A DNA stretch of 64,000 nt from Podarcis melisellensis (lineage: Eukaryota), in assembly GCA_964234715.1 (NCBI GenBank), contig OZ174279.1. One strand, written 5' to 3'. Under the pieces are notes generated by a model. The model was not told the DNA's origin, did no database searches, and was given only the letters and a program-made list of their open reading frames with translations. Positions 26,501 to 40,000 of the stretch are shown here, piece after piece. A program made the translations under genes and the position numbers. The first letter of the stretch is position 1; every line of letters starts with the position of its first letter.

Positions 26501-27981
26501 TTTCCCAGAAACCTGAGCAACAACAAGGTGTCAGAGATTGAGGATGGGGCCTTTGAAGGGGCAGCTTCAGTCAGTGAGTTACACCTGACGGTTAACCAGC
26601 TGGAGTCAGTGCGCAGCGCCATGTTCCGGGGCCTCGATGGGCTGCGGACCCTGTAAGTTGGCCTAACTGGGGTTGTTGGCCTAACTGGGGTAGGGAAGAT
26701 AGGAGAGAGCAGCAGCGGTGGGTTGTCAGTATGCAGGAGGAGTAGCAGGGTGGAGAATGCTGTCAGTCTCCTTTGGCTTTCCAGGGGTAGTTTGTAGAAC
26801 GGGCTTCTTCCCATTCTCTGTCCTCCTTCCAGGATGCTGAGGAACAACCGCATCAACTGCATCCACAACGACAGCTTCACGGGACTGCGCAATGTGCGCC
26901 TCCTCTCGCTGTACGACAATCAGATCAGCACCATCGCACCTGGGGCTTTTGACACGTTGCAGTCGCTCTCCACACTGTGAGTTGCGAGGCGGGGAAATTC
27001 TAACCTATTAACTAACCTCTGAACACGCTCAGTCCTCTGTCCCTTGGTGAGAGCTGTCTACATGGTGTCTGCTACCCCACCTTGATTGTAGGGAGGCTCC
27101 ATAGCTCAGGAGTAGAACCCACGCTTTCTATACAGCAGGTCCCTACTTTAATCCTTGGCTTCTCAAAAGCGCTCCTATGTAGCAGTATTGGAAAAATCTG
27201 TCCCTAAGACCTTGGGGGGCTGCTACCTACCAGCCTTTGCTAGATTATCCTGTGTTTGCCCGGTTTATTTATCTCCCTCCTGTACCCCTCCCACCCAGGA
27301 ACCTGCTGGCTAACCCCTTCAACTGCAATTGCCGCCTGGCCTGGTTGGGTGACTGGCTTCGTAGGAGGAAGATTGTGACTGGGAACCCCCGCTGCAATAA
27401 TCCGGACTTCCTACGCCAAATCCCACTGCAGGATGTGGCCTTCCCCGACTTCAGGTGTGAGGAAGGTAACTCACAGGCTCTCGGTGGGGATGGGGAGGGA
27501 GCAATTGTGCAAACTGAGGCTATGATTTTATAGCAGGTGTATTTTCCCACAGACCCACATAAGGCCCTATTTGAGTTTCCGCTAGCAGACCAGTGTAGTA
27601 TAGTTGGGAAGGCTGTTGTGGTTGAACGAGGTTGATATTCCCATTAAGCCATAAATGTCCAACCCTTTTCCCTGTCCAGAGTTGTTGCAATATGAATTTA
27701 AACCAACAGAGGGCACACAGGAAGTCATTACGGAAAATGGGAGTGCCATGTATTAAGCCAGATTTTGAAAACGCTGAATGTCCATTAGCCCAGGCTGCAC
27801 TGTGTGTGTAAACTGCCTCAGCCCTCAAATCTTGCAGTAGCAGTTCGCACATGGAAATGAGTTTCCTCACACAGATCAGCTGAAGTGGGAGGAACCCAAA
27901 GGCTGCTGTAAAGGGCAAAGACGACTGCAGCCACTAATGAAATGATGTGGTCACCCCATTCTGAAAAGTTGTGGGAGATTT

Positions 27982-28025
<44 letters not shown>

Positions 28026-31000
28026 CATGCATGTATGTCTTGCAATCTTCTTCTTCTCATACTGTTTCCTCAGTTGGGATGGCCTTTTTTGTTGTCCCAG
28101 CATGGGCACTGGTCAAGCTCAGCAGCAATTACATGGACATGCCTAGCAGTTTTTGTATTGCCTGGTGCCGTCAAACTGGACATAAACTGAAACATAGCAC
28201 AAATCTTGTCAGGCATGCAGCAGGTCCCCACTTACGTAAGGGGCTGTGCCGCCATGGTTAGGAGTGGTCTCAAGGTTCCCCCCCCAAGTCAATTAATTGG
28301 TTAAAAGCAAGGCAATTTAATCAGCTATTTAACCACTCAGTATAAATAAGTACAGTATCTTAATGCAGGAAATATTTTTGGAGATGTTTAACACAGCGTC
28401 ACTTTACTAAATAGGTAAATCATTAACTGTCTAGCAAATCATCTTAAGCCGTTGGCCCTGGTCCAAACAGCAGCTTCTGATATGGTGCATCTATGCAGGG
28501 TGTGGAGGGGTGGCTGCTGTTCGGGGGGGGGGGGGAATTAACAGCTCCATAGCTTTTCCCATGTGCTTCTGAGAATTGAAACCCTTGTGTAAATCAATAG
28601 GAGGACATAGATGTCAAAGGGACCTTTCACACTCTTTCCAATTAAGAGCGGCGTTTTATTTGCAATGAATTAATCACACCAGTTGATTAATATTCTCTGT
28701 TCTAATTGCTGCTGATGCCTTTGGCCCTTTGATAAAGTGGGACACTTTATAATGGTGATATAAGGGCAGACTGAAATCTAGATTTCCCTGGAGAAACATA
28801 GGATAATGTCTGCCTTCAAGATCTCCTATTCCATCACCATGCCGTCTCTTTCCACTGTGAACCCTTTGGCTTGTGCCTTGGCAGGTCAGGAGGAGACAAG
28901 CTGCTTCCCACGCCCTCAGTGTCCCCAGGAGTGCACTTGCCTAGACACTGTTGTTCGCTGCAGCAACAAGCACCTGAAATCCCTCCCCAAAGGGATCCCC
29001 AAGAACGTCACAGAGCTGTGAGTAATGCTGCCTGGGCCGTTCTGCTGATGCTGCATCTGGGAAGAAGGGGCAATGTGGGCACTGGCAAGTCGCACCCGTG
29101 GATGAAGGGGCTGGGACCAGCCTAGTGAGGGGCATGCAGCTTTATACCTTGCACTGTTCAGCAGATCATCCTCAAAAGCTAAACACTGATCCAGTGCATG
29201 CCACATTCTCTGTGGGTTCAAAACTGGATGCCACTGAACTCTGAAGGGATTTTTTATTTAGGGGAATGAGTTCTGTGGCAGGTGGAAGGGGCCTGTAGTA
29301 CTGTTATATTACTCTGCAGCGTTAATGAATCCAATGTTGATACCCTAGAATCAAACATCTGGAAAACTGGAAGAAAGCAAGGCAGCCTGAGACAAACATA
29401 GTTTCAGATTTAGGAGAGCACGTATGCCACCCTGTTAGAAATACAGGCGTGAAACACAGGCATTTGCACTTACAAGATAACTCTGATGGTTAGCTGGCAC
29501 CATTAACAGAGGAGCAGGGACAGTGCTTATCACTAGTTATAGCTTCTAGGTTTAGTGTCCTTTGAACACCATTGTTGGAAGTTTAACAGTCCTCTCCTGT
29601 ATTGCTGCTGTGACCTCTGATGCATCCTTCATTGTCCTTGCAGCTACTTGGATGGCAACCAATTCACCCTGGTTCCTGGACAGCTCTCCACCTTCCGTTA
29701 CCTACAGCTGGTGTAAGTATCTGAGAAGAAGTGGCCTCGCGTGGTCCCCCGAGAGCTTGCCATAGTCTTTTTTTCAGAGAGGCAGGAGATGGGCTGTGGG
29801 CTGTGGCCTTTTCTCAGACATTTGTGCAGCATGTCTGTGGAAATTTTTAGACCAGGCCTAGGTGGGGAGTGGTGCAACTCGTCCCTCAGTGGACGCTGAT
29901 CAACTGATTTGGCTCACATGGTATCAGCCTTTCACCAGTACAGAGGGGCTGGTTGGGGGGTACAGGAGATCTTTGTGGAATCAGGTGGCCATTCTGTTTT
30001 CAGGCTCCCAGGAGAGCACCAAAGAGAATAAAGCAGGTGCAGAAAGCCTGAGTGGCACCCAGATGTTGTATCTCCCACCTGATTCTTCCATCAAAATGCA
30101 AAAAAAAGCCTTTTCGTTAAAACACACACATACCATAGAGCTATATGGAAGCAGAGAAGCTTCTGAAAAACAACAAGAGGATGGTCAAAGAAGCTAGCAT
30201 GGAGGATAAGAAATAATTTTTGTCTAAGGGAGAATTTGAGAGGAGGCATAGGACCCATTCTGAATTACATAAAATTATGCTTAACATATTAGCTTGTACA
30301 GCTGAAGAGGAGGTGAGAAGCATAAAGCATTAAAATTAACCATTAAATGTTTTTAGATTTTAGCCGCCTTGGTTATGGGGTCGCTAAAATGCAAATGCCG
30401 TACAACTAAAAAAGCTGGATTCTCTTGAGCAAGTGCAGTTAACTCAGCTCAGGATATTGGGTGAAGTAAATAATTCTCAAAACGCCATCTAGTCCATCTG
30501 ACTTTGGATTTGGAGTTCATCCATCTCTCTGTTTACTTTGGTTTCCCTGGACATTAGAATAGCTTTGCTTTTCTGCTAAGGCACTGTGAGTCCTTTAGGA
30601 ACTGATTTCAGTTCCCAAAGAGGTAGATTACCCTTCTGGCATCTCTCTCATATGTGGATCCTGGAATTTTCTGAATGATAGCCTTTTCCCCTGCCCCATT
30701 GACCCCACCTCACTAACTTTTCATCTCAAATGTTTGTTTATTGCCAAAGGATCCTTCACAGTTTATTTTATTTGCTGGCTGTTAAAATGCAGCTGAGTCT
30801 AAGTCTTAAGCACACTGACTCCAAGATTCACTCCATGCTCTGCAGGTCATCTTGTGATTTTCCCTGGCCTTCAGAGCATGTGCACTGCTAGATTTCCTTC
30901 TTCCTACATGAGACAGTTTATCAAGATTCCTTTCAAGCAGCACCAGACAGAGAAGAGATTAGAAGAATTAGCTGACGACATGCAGTCATCAGCCCAGAGC

Positions 31001-34000
31001 TGTTGCCAAAGGAGAAGGCAGATTTGAAGGTGCCACCAGCGCTGCATCTGCTGGATGTTCAATCTGTGGAGCCACTGTTCACATGAGAGTGTCCTTAGAT
31101 ATGCAAAAGACTGTAGAGTTTGAATGCAGAAATCTGGGAAGGACAGAATTGTTCCATCCCTATTTTCTCCAATGGAATAGGGACATCCCATTCCATAATG
31201 ATTATTTTACTATTTTTACCCCACACATCTTATTGGGTTGCCACAGCACTCTGGGCAGCTTCCAACATACATAAAACCATAATAAAACATTATTTTTTTA
31301 AAAAAATCTTCCCTGTACAGGATTGCCTTCCAGTGGCTTGGGGGTTGGATAACTCCATATACCCTCCAACATTTCTCCAATGAAAATAGGGATATCCTAA
31401 GGAAAAGCAGGACATTCTGGGATCAAATCAGAAACCAGGATGGCTTCTCTAAATCAGGGACTTCCCTGGAAAATAGGGACACTTCTATAGGGAGAGAGAG
31501 TTAAATGTGATGTGAGCTTGCACAGTGCTTTTGTCTTACAGGGATCTGAGCAACAACAAGATCAGCTCTCTCAGCAACTCATCCTTCACCAATATGAGCC
31601 AGCTCACCACTCTGTGAGTGCCCAATACAGCATTTGACCAGCAGATCAGAAAGGGAGGATGTCCTACTGCCTCCAGCAAAAAGAGGCCTCCTCTACAGGG
31701 AGAGAAATGCCTTTTTAAATGACTGATGTTACAGTATACTGGCTTATACTGTGCAAAACAGGGTAGAAATGCCATTGATCCCTGGGGTCTACTGCCTGGC
31801 CAAAGAGAACATCAATTGATGGGGTGGCAGTTGCTGGTTCCATCTAACTAAACAGGAATGCATGCCTCCTGCAGTTCATTCTTGTCTACAAGGTGTTCTG
31901 TGACAACAACAACTACTTATAATCTGGAATTTGCTTAAATCCATGTGACCCATACACATGTACTCGTCTGTTCCCATCCTGATATTAGCTTATAAATCCT
32001 GAATCTGCTACATCATCATTAATGTTAGGAGGTTTCTTTCTGTTCTATTGACTGTGGTGTTCAGTTTCTGAGTTCCAAGCTTAAGGGTCAACCAGAAGGG
32101 CTGGAAACTTATTTTCATTTAAAAGACAAATGTAGGACTGAACGCCTCAGTCAATAAATACAATTAAATTGTTTTCTGGCAGCCAGAGCCTTGAAATTAC
32201 AGGATTTTAGTGGGATTTCAGTCATCCCAATTGAAAGGGGGCTGGTGACACATATTGTTGATTGATAATATATTTAAAATAATCTTAGCAGTAAATAGAA
32301 TGCCACTGCTATTTAACTGAAAGACACCTAGCCATTAAAAAAAAAAAGTTGAACTGAATAGTTGAACTGAGTTGAATAGAAGTAATGTAGAAAGTAAAAA
32401 TCCTTCATTGGCCAGCAGACCCTATTGTTTTCTGTGTTGCCATCAAAGTTGCAATTTTAGACTCGTGCCAACTACTTGGCCAATCTGGAGAGAGTATGAA
32501 CTTCATGGGTTGTTAGCATCGTCATTGAGTGGAATCCAGCCATACCCCAAGAACACACTGTGCCCCAGTTTATGTGAGTTGCCCATTAGAGAATCTTGAA
32601 AGAAACAATGGCTTGGCTCCTAAGGTGTGCTAACTTAGGGAACTTCACAGAAGGAAATTTTCCTGTCCCCCCCCCCCACTGTGCCTGTCGGTAGGCTTGG
32701 TGGGTGTGTCTCCTGAACAATGGGGGTTTGGGCACAGTGGCTTGCTGGGGGCGGAAAGGCCAGGAGGGTTTCCTTCTGTGAATTTTCATAGCTTACCTTA
32801 GGATCTGAGTCCAATTTTAGGGAGACCCCCCCCCACCTGCAGGAGAAGTGTTTTTGATGGGCACAGGGAGCAGGAGGGAGGAAACTTTCCTTCCTTTAAC
32901 TAATATGGGGCTGGGGGAGGGATATCAGACAGTATGTGAGCTGGAGGGGTTTTTTTAAGAATGTGTGATGATTGAAACTCTTCCTTCTCTCCCCCATCCC
33001 TCAGGATCCTCAGCTACAATGCCCTGCAGTGTATCCCTCCCCTGGCCTTTGAGGGTCTCCGTTCACTACGGCTGCTGTAGGTACCTTGTATTCCTGTATT
33101 CCCCTATGCCCCTGTTCAAGGAGAAATCACCTCACTGGAGTCTGACTTTGGCCTAATTCCTGGGAAACTGTTACTTTAAGAACTGAGCAGCCAGGCAATT
33201 GGTATTGCAGGGATCCTCCATTTGCTTAGTTTGTGTGTGTTATGTGTCATATGGACATTCACTTTGCTCTCCTTGTTTCTTTGGCCAGTTAGTGCTCAGC
33301 CACACCTCATCTGGGCATAGAGCAGCAGTCTATCCTAAGTCCGTGGGTTCGTAATCCAGTGCTTGACATATGATGCAGATGGTATAGGGGGAAGGGGTTT
33401 AAGTCTAAAAACCCCAATTCCTGACTTCCCTGGTTTTAGGCAGATCATGCTCCCCTAACCTCCTTAAAGGGTCCATCAAAACAAGTAAGACAGGTGGGTC
33501 CCACGGTCCAGGACACTGAGAATACTACTTGTGTTTTGTGCCCAGGTCCCTCCATGGAAATGATATTGCTACACTTCCTGAGGGGATATTTGCTGATGTC
33601 ATCTCCTTATCTCACCTGTGAGTATTGCATCAGTTTGAACACCCATTCTTTCCTCTTGCATGAGAATCCCAGCTTGGCACTACTACCTGATGCTCTGTGG
33701 GACAGTACTTGGAAGGCAAAAGCTAGAAATTATCCTTTGTTTCCTGTTGTTTATCCACCAGGTCAGAGAATGATGCTAGGCAGGGGTAAAGCCTATTTTC
33801 ATTTTGGTGTGATGGCTGCCTTGGCTGACATGATGGCAGACGTAGTGTGCTCTGTATGCTGAACAGCAGCAGGAGCTGGTCTGGTTCTGCTTTCTTGCAA
33901 TGTTGCTGAAGTTCCTCCTGGCACCTTTTATCAGGAGGCAGCAACCAAGCTTGCAGTCCTGTAGTTTGCACCTCTTAAGTAAGGCAAAGGAGTTAGCATG

Positions 34001-37000
34001 TGTGCACACACACACACACACCAGGCTGTACTGGCTCTTAATGCCCAGTTGGCTGTGAGTGGGGTAGGGGGAAGAGGTTTGGGAGGAAGTTGTGCTGTGC
34101 CTCTTGTCCTCTACTACACTTCAGAATAACGCAGGAGAAACCAGTGTAGACCAGCACCCCAATGCTCAGAACTATAAAGCACTGCAACAGACTCTACCTA
34201 TGTTAGAGTCTAAGGAGAAGGTTGGGGAAAGGTACATTGGGGGGAAGACTGGGGTATGTTTTTTGTTTAGGGTCCCCCCCCCCAGCAGGATCCTCAGCTT
34301 GCAGAGCAATTTCAGCCTTCAGAGTAAATTCTTTCGCAATTTACATACATCTAAAAAGATATTAGATATGCTAATCAGCAGCACCTCTAGGCAAGGCGGC
34401 AACCCTAGGGACTACCTCTATGTGTGTTCATCACTCAGCACCCGCACCCTGAAGTGATGAGTGGTGCCAACACCCTGCATTTCGGTGGCCGCAATTTGCA
34501 CATTTAGCTGCATCTTTTTGAGTCATGTTGTCAGGAACTGAGATAGCAAGTTGCAAGCCAGCATGTGTGAATCATACCTTTAAGAACAGTATGAAGAGAG
34601 ACTACCTCAGATTGTAGCTATGTTGCTCTATGAGGGCAGTTTCAGAGTCTGAAAATAGAAACCATACTTATTAATCAGTTCCAGGGCCACTAGAGGCAGC
34701 CAGAGAGATCAAATGCAATGAATGACAGCCCCCCTCCAGACCTTAAGGAGTTATGTAGAGATTCTGGTTCTCCCTGCTTAACAGAGCCATCGGTGCCAAC
34801 CCACTGCACTGTGATTGCCACATGCGCTGGCTCTCGGGCTGGGTCAAAACTGGCTACAAGGAGCCTGGCATTGCCCGCTGTGCTGGCCCTGCAGATATGG
34901 AGGGCAAACTGCTGCTCACCACTCCTGCCAAGAAGTTTGAGTGCCTAGGTAAGTGAATAAATACTTTATAGTATACTTTATACTTTATTCATTTTGTAGA
35001 GCAGCTTTGTCCAAACAATGGCTCTTTCTGGTCCACCCTACCCTGCCCAGTTGCTCTTTGGCCCTCTTCCCTTTCCCAACACAGAAGTTGCACAAGCCTC
35101 ACCACAGTGGTGAGGCTTGTGCAACTTCTGTGTTGCACCACATTGCCCACACATGTGCTACTCCTATCATGTTTGGTCCATAGTGTTGAGAAGGTAAGAT
35201 GAGTGTCTTGGTGAAGGAAGACCTGGAGGAAGGACACAGGCTGGAGGCTATGTTGCCTCCTCCTTCCATAGCCTTCTCATCCAGCTAAGTCACTAAAGCC
35301 AAATCCATCCTAGCTGACGTGGTAAGAGTGTCTATATAGGAACACTCCATCTGTTCGCATCTTCCAGCCTGTTCCTGGCCTCTCTATATGGCAAACCCCA
35401 TTGGACTGTTTGTTCATCATCCAAAGGTCTTTCCCATCAGTTGCCACCCAGCCCCCCCTTTTTAAAAACTGGAGGAGCCAGGGATTGAACCTAGGAAATT
35501 CTGCATGCAATGCATGTGTCCCAGCACTGAGCTACAGGGCCTACTATTTAAAGAAGAAAAACAAGTAAGCACAACCTGGCTTTGTGCCACAGAGTGGGGT
35601 GGGCAGGCTCTCCTTTCAGAACTCCTCCATCTGTTAATATATATTCAGCTCCACCATTAATCCATTTGCGATCTCCTCTATGTTTCTGGCAAGTGCCTTG
35701 CAAAAGATTCTGGCCAAGAAGGGGGACAGTCTTCACAGGAGGATGTGTGGAAATCCTCCCTTCCGTTCAGTGATTCTTTGGCTCTGACCCCAATTCCTAG
35801 TTGTCTGGTTTCTTTCATCTATGCAGGGCCTCCTCCCCTCATCATCCAGGCCAAGTGTAACCCCTGCCTCTCCAGTCCTTGTCAAAACAGAGGCACATGT
35901 CAACAAGATCCTTTGGACTCTTACCGCTGTATCTGCCCCAGTGGCTACAAGGTGAGAAGAGGGATGGGGAGGAGGAGAGGGGTGACTAGGGAGGGTGAAG
36001 AGATCATTGACAAAGGGAAGGTTTGGGCTTTCTTCCTGCTTCTGACGGCTTGTGTCAACCAAAAGAAAAAGGCTCAGAGAAGGACCAAGACATGGTGGAA
36101 GGAACCCATTCTCCAGTTTGACAACCAGCCTAGTTTATCACTGCCATCAGGAATGGGCGAGATACACTCTCAGTCCCTACTGATTGGACCTAGAGCTGCC
36201 ACTATTTCTGGGGGTGGGAGTGGGGAATGTGGAACTGGCTGTTTCATCTGAACGTTCGCCAGATGTTTTTGCACTAGCGTGCCCATTGTCCCTGATCATG
36301 ATGGAAACTGAACTTCAAAACTTACAGAGGACGCTTGGTTGGGAAGGCAGCTCTTGACTCATAGCTATAAAGGAAATCCTGGTGGCGAAAAGAAGCAAAC
36401 CCAAAAAGGACAGCCTGCATTATGTATAGGCAGCAATTCCTATTATTATTATTTTGTTCTTTTATGGCTGATGAGCAAGGACCTGAGACTGAGAAACCTC
36501 ACGTCCTGGCCAGAGCTTTATAATTTGTTCTTTGTATTGTGGCTGCTACTTCTTCTTGTCTCATTCCAGGGCCAAAACTGTGAACTCTCTGTGGATGGTT
36601 GCTCCAGCAGGCCCTGTGAGAATGGTGGGACCTGCCTGTCTCACGAAGGCAGTGAAGCCAGCTTCAGGTGAGTGGCTGCTCAGCTTCTCAAATGGGGGGG
36701 AATGGTAGAGATTCCGGTAGGGACTTTGGGGAAGAGTTTAGGGCAGGAATTAGAAGAAAGCAAAGGGACAAGTTTGGGGCATGACAAGGAGAATAAAGAG
36801 AGCAGGTCTCCCTGAGGAACCTGATGGGGCTTGAAAGGAGAAAATAGGGGGAAGGGGAGTGGGGGTTGGCCGGCTGATGGGCTTGAGAGGGTTTCATACC
36901 TTGTTCTGTGAGGCTTTGGTGGTATGTGGTGGAGATGAGAGCACCTCTTCAGCAGAAAAAAAAGGGGAGAGGAGGAGGATGAGATGTGGGAGTCCACAGG

Positions 37001-40000
37001 GATGTTACTGGGCAGAGAGAGATGAGGTCTCTTTGATATCCAAAGGATTCCTAATTGGTAAGGCAAAAAGCATCACCTTTTATGCTTACCTTGGGCTTAA
37101 AAATTAGCATAAAAGCAAAGAAGGCAAAACCTGTTTTCCTGGCAGTGAATGAGTGTAAAGAAATTAAAATGGTGTCTAAGATGTTTGCAAAATGGCTTCT
37201 TATAATGCATCTTAATCTGCTGTTTATGTGAGTTGGAGAAAAGAGATTAACGTATCTTTTGGACTCTGCAGACAAGAGCCTCAGGCGATCAAAACTTCTT
37301 GATTAGTAATCGTGAGAGTGATATTTTGGTGGCCATATCCTTGTTTATGGTGGTCTTTCGTTTACTTCTAAATTTACAAATTATAAGGGAGGAATGGCAG
37401 AGATTTACAGTGAAAGGAGACAATGAATTTGCCAGGGGCTTTTGCAGCTCAGCTTGCTTGGAACATGTGAGCTTGGCTTTCTGTAATGGAGTCTCTCTTG
37501 AGGCCTCTCCAGACTAAAACCAACGTCCTTTTGAGCTGCAGGCCATCATAACAAAAGCTGGATGTTTTTAGGGGTGCTTTGTAACAGATTTGGGGGAAAG
37601 ATTTGGGAAGCATTCTGTTGATACTGTTCAAAAAGGCACTCTTTACCCTCCACCAAGATTGTCCACCACCACAATCACTAATCCTGGAAACCGTAGTCAG
37701 TTTCTTTCTGTAAAAATGGGTTGAGACCCAGCAGGGGAAACCTTTTAAGACGTTTACAGCCTCTTGGGGAGCTATAGCTCTGGTTTGCAGTTGGACCTCA
37801 ATGTACAGGACTCCTCCCCACTTCACTCTCCAGAGTACAGTGTGGGTGGCTTTCTGGGAAACAGACCATAATTAGTGGCTGAAAATAAACCACAGGCAGG
37901 AGAGAGAGAATGGGGCCCTAGCCCTTTCTGTGTACCCAAATTGCCAAGATGCTAAATGGCCTCTCATCCCGTCACCATAACAACCCAGCATCTTCAAAGC
38001 CAGCACATAATGTCCTTTGGGGGTTGACAAAGCTGTTTGCCTGCACATGCCAGACTAGATTCTGCCTTTGGGGAAAGGTAGTAGGCAGGGAGATGAGCCC
38101 TCTAGGAAAGGATATCAGGACCCTCAGCCTGCAGAGCAATTCAATATGCCAGAGACGGAAGGTCATCAGTTCTTCCACCTCTGCTTCCTCTTCCAGCTAA
38201 ATAGGCTACAGGCAGTATAAATGGAAATGACAGCATATGCAGCACACACTCACCTGTGCTTTTAGTACAACAACCCCCCAACACGCAAATATATGTGAAT
38301 GCAATGCATCCCTTTCCTGATGTGTGCACAGATCATGGTGCACGTAAATGAATCTCAAGTTCAGACCCACGCAGTACACAACCAGGCACATGCATGCATA
38401 CACAGCACCACATGCATTATGTGCATAGAACTGTAGATACAGCACACACACTGATCTAGCCTGGGCATGCAAATGCAGCCATAGGTATAGCTTTGAGAAT
38501 TGATTTTATTTGCCTGTTTGCTGGTTTACATTTTTATTTAAAATAGTTGTATACTGCCCTTCATGAAAATGGATTTCAGGGTGGTTTATATAAAAAAAAT
38601 TCAACAACCAGAGAAAAATACAGTAAACACACCCGAAACCACTGCTGAGTAGCAAGAAACAGTTAAGTGACAATACTTAAACATTTAGGCTCATTTAACC
38701 TTGAGTCTCATATCCTCATAGCCTTCTTTTCTTGCCCATCCCAAGGGTCCTCTTTTCTTCTGCTTCTTTAACCCCTCCCCTGCCTGTTCCACTACTCAAC
38801 TTAAAGCCCCTCCAAGTCATAGCTGTCAACTTTTCCCTTTTCTTGCGAGGAATCCTATTCGGAATAAGGGAATTTCCCTTTAAAAAAGGGAAACGTTGAC
38901 AGCTATGCTCCAAGTGTGTCTGCCCCAGAACTCTCCTGGAAACAATAATCTCTTTAACCCCTTCTATGTCGAGTGGCCTCCAAAGTGGATCCATCTACAT
39001 CCTACCAATCAGAGATGAAAGTGTCTCAGGTTCAAGACAGTGCAATATTCAGAACCATTGGCAGAGCATTGAATGTTCTTCTGGCAAAACCCTGACTTCC
39101 TTTCGCTCTTCTTTGGGCTCTTTTCAGGAATGATAAAGAAAAACCACCCACAAAACCCCTGAAATGCCCCAAAGCGAGCACCTTCTAACCTCTCAGTTTG
39201 TTAAACAACCTTCATTTCCCTCTCGACAGGTGTTCCTGCGTGGATGGATTTGAAGGTCCAACCTGCAGCCTGAGGACCAACAACTGCAACAATAACAATT
39301 GCAAGAACGGTGCCACATGCATTAATGGATCCAGAAATTACACCTGCTTATGCCTTCCGTTCTTCACAGGTAGGGCCAGGCTTGTAATGGAGGCGGATGC
39401 ACTTGGAGAGAAGCAGAAGAGAGCTAAGGTAGCAAAGCACAAACTTCTAAGCTGGTCAGTGCCAGAGGCAGGTTTAGCCTAAGGATCTGACTCCAGTGCC
39501 CAACATTTACTTTTTTTAGTTTAGTGTTAGCACCTCTCCTCCACCAATACCTGAAGATACCCCAATGCATTTTTTTAAACTAACTCTAGCTTCCCAAGTA
39601 GCAGTTCCCCCTTCCCTGCCAGGTTAGTACCTAGCCCATGAACAATAGTGTCTTTCCCTGAACAATAGAAGGAGATCCACCTATACCCTGGTTGAATATT
39701 GAGTCAGGGTTTGGGAGTTAGATACAAATAACAGCATTCCGGGCTGAAGCATGAGACTATAAATATTTTATTTTAAATTATTTCATTAAAATTATTGTTA
39801 AAAGAAAAACCACCCCTCAAAGTAGTTTGCCATCTATTGTCTGAATGGAAGGTGTCCATACCTTATCTCACAGTGCTTCTAGTGGGCTGCCCATAAGATA
39901 GGGTTGCCATACGTCTGGAATTTCCTGGACATATCCAGAATATTGTAGTACATCCTGCTCAGATGTCCAGGAAAATTTGGACGTATGGCAGCCCATGTTG

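Noticed and set aside
26657-26692. 18-bp tandem duplication GTTGGCCTAACTGGGGT(T) just after the exon 18 donor
   Set aside because: Simple slippage duplication; the donor GTAAGT is intact
34684-34702. CTCF-like GGCCACTAGAGGCAGC
   Set aside because: Mismatch at the core GGC positions; too weak without data
34220-38145. Shared motif GGA(T/C)CCTCAGC(T/C)TGCAGAGCAATT at about 34288 and 38118
   Set aside because: Most likely two decayed copies of one old interspersed repeat; no further structure seen
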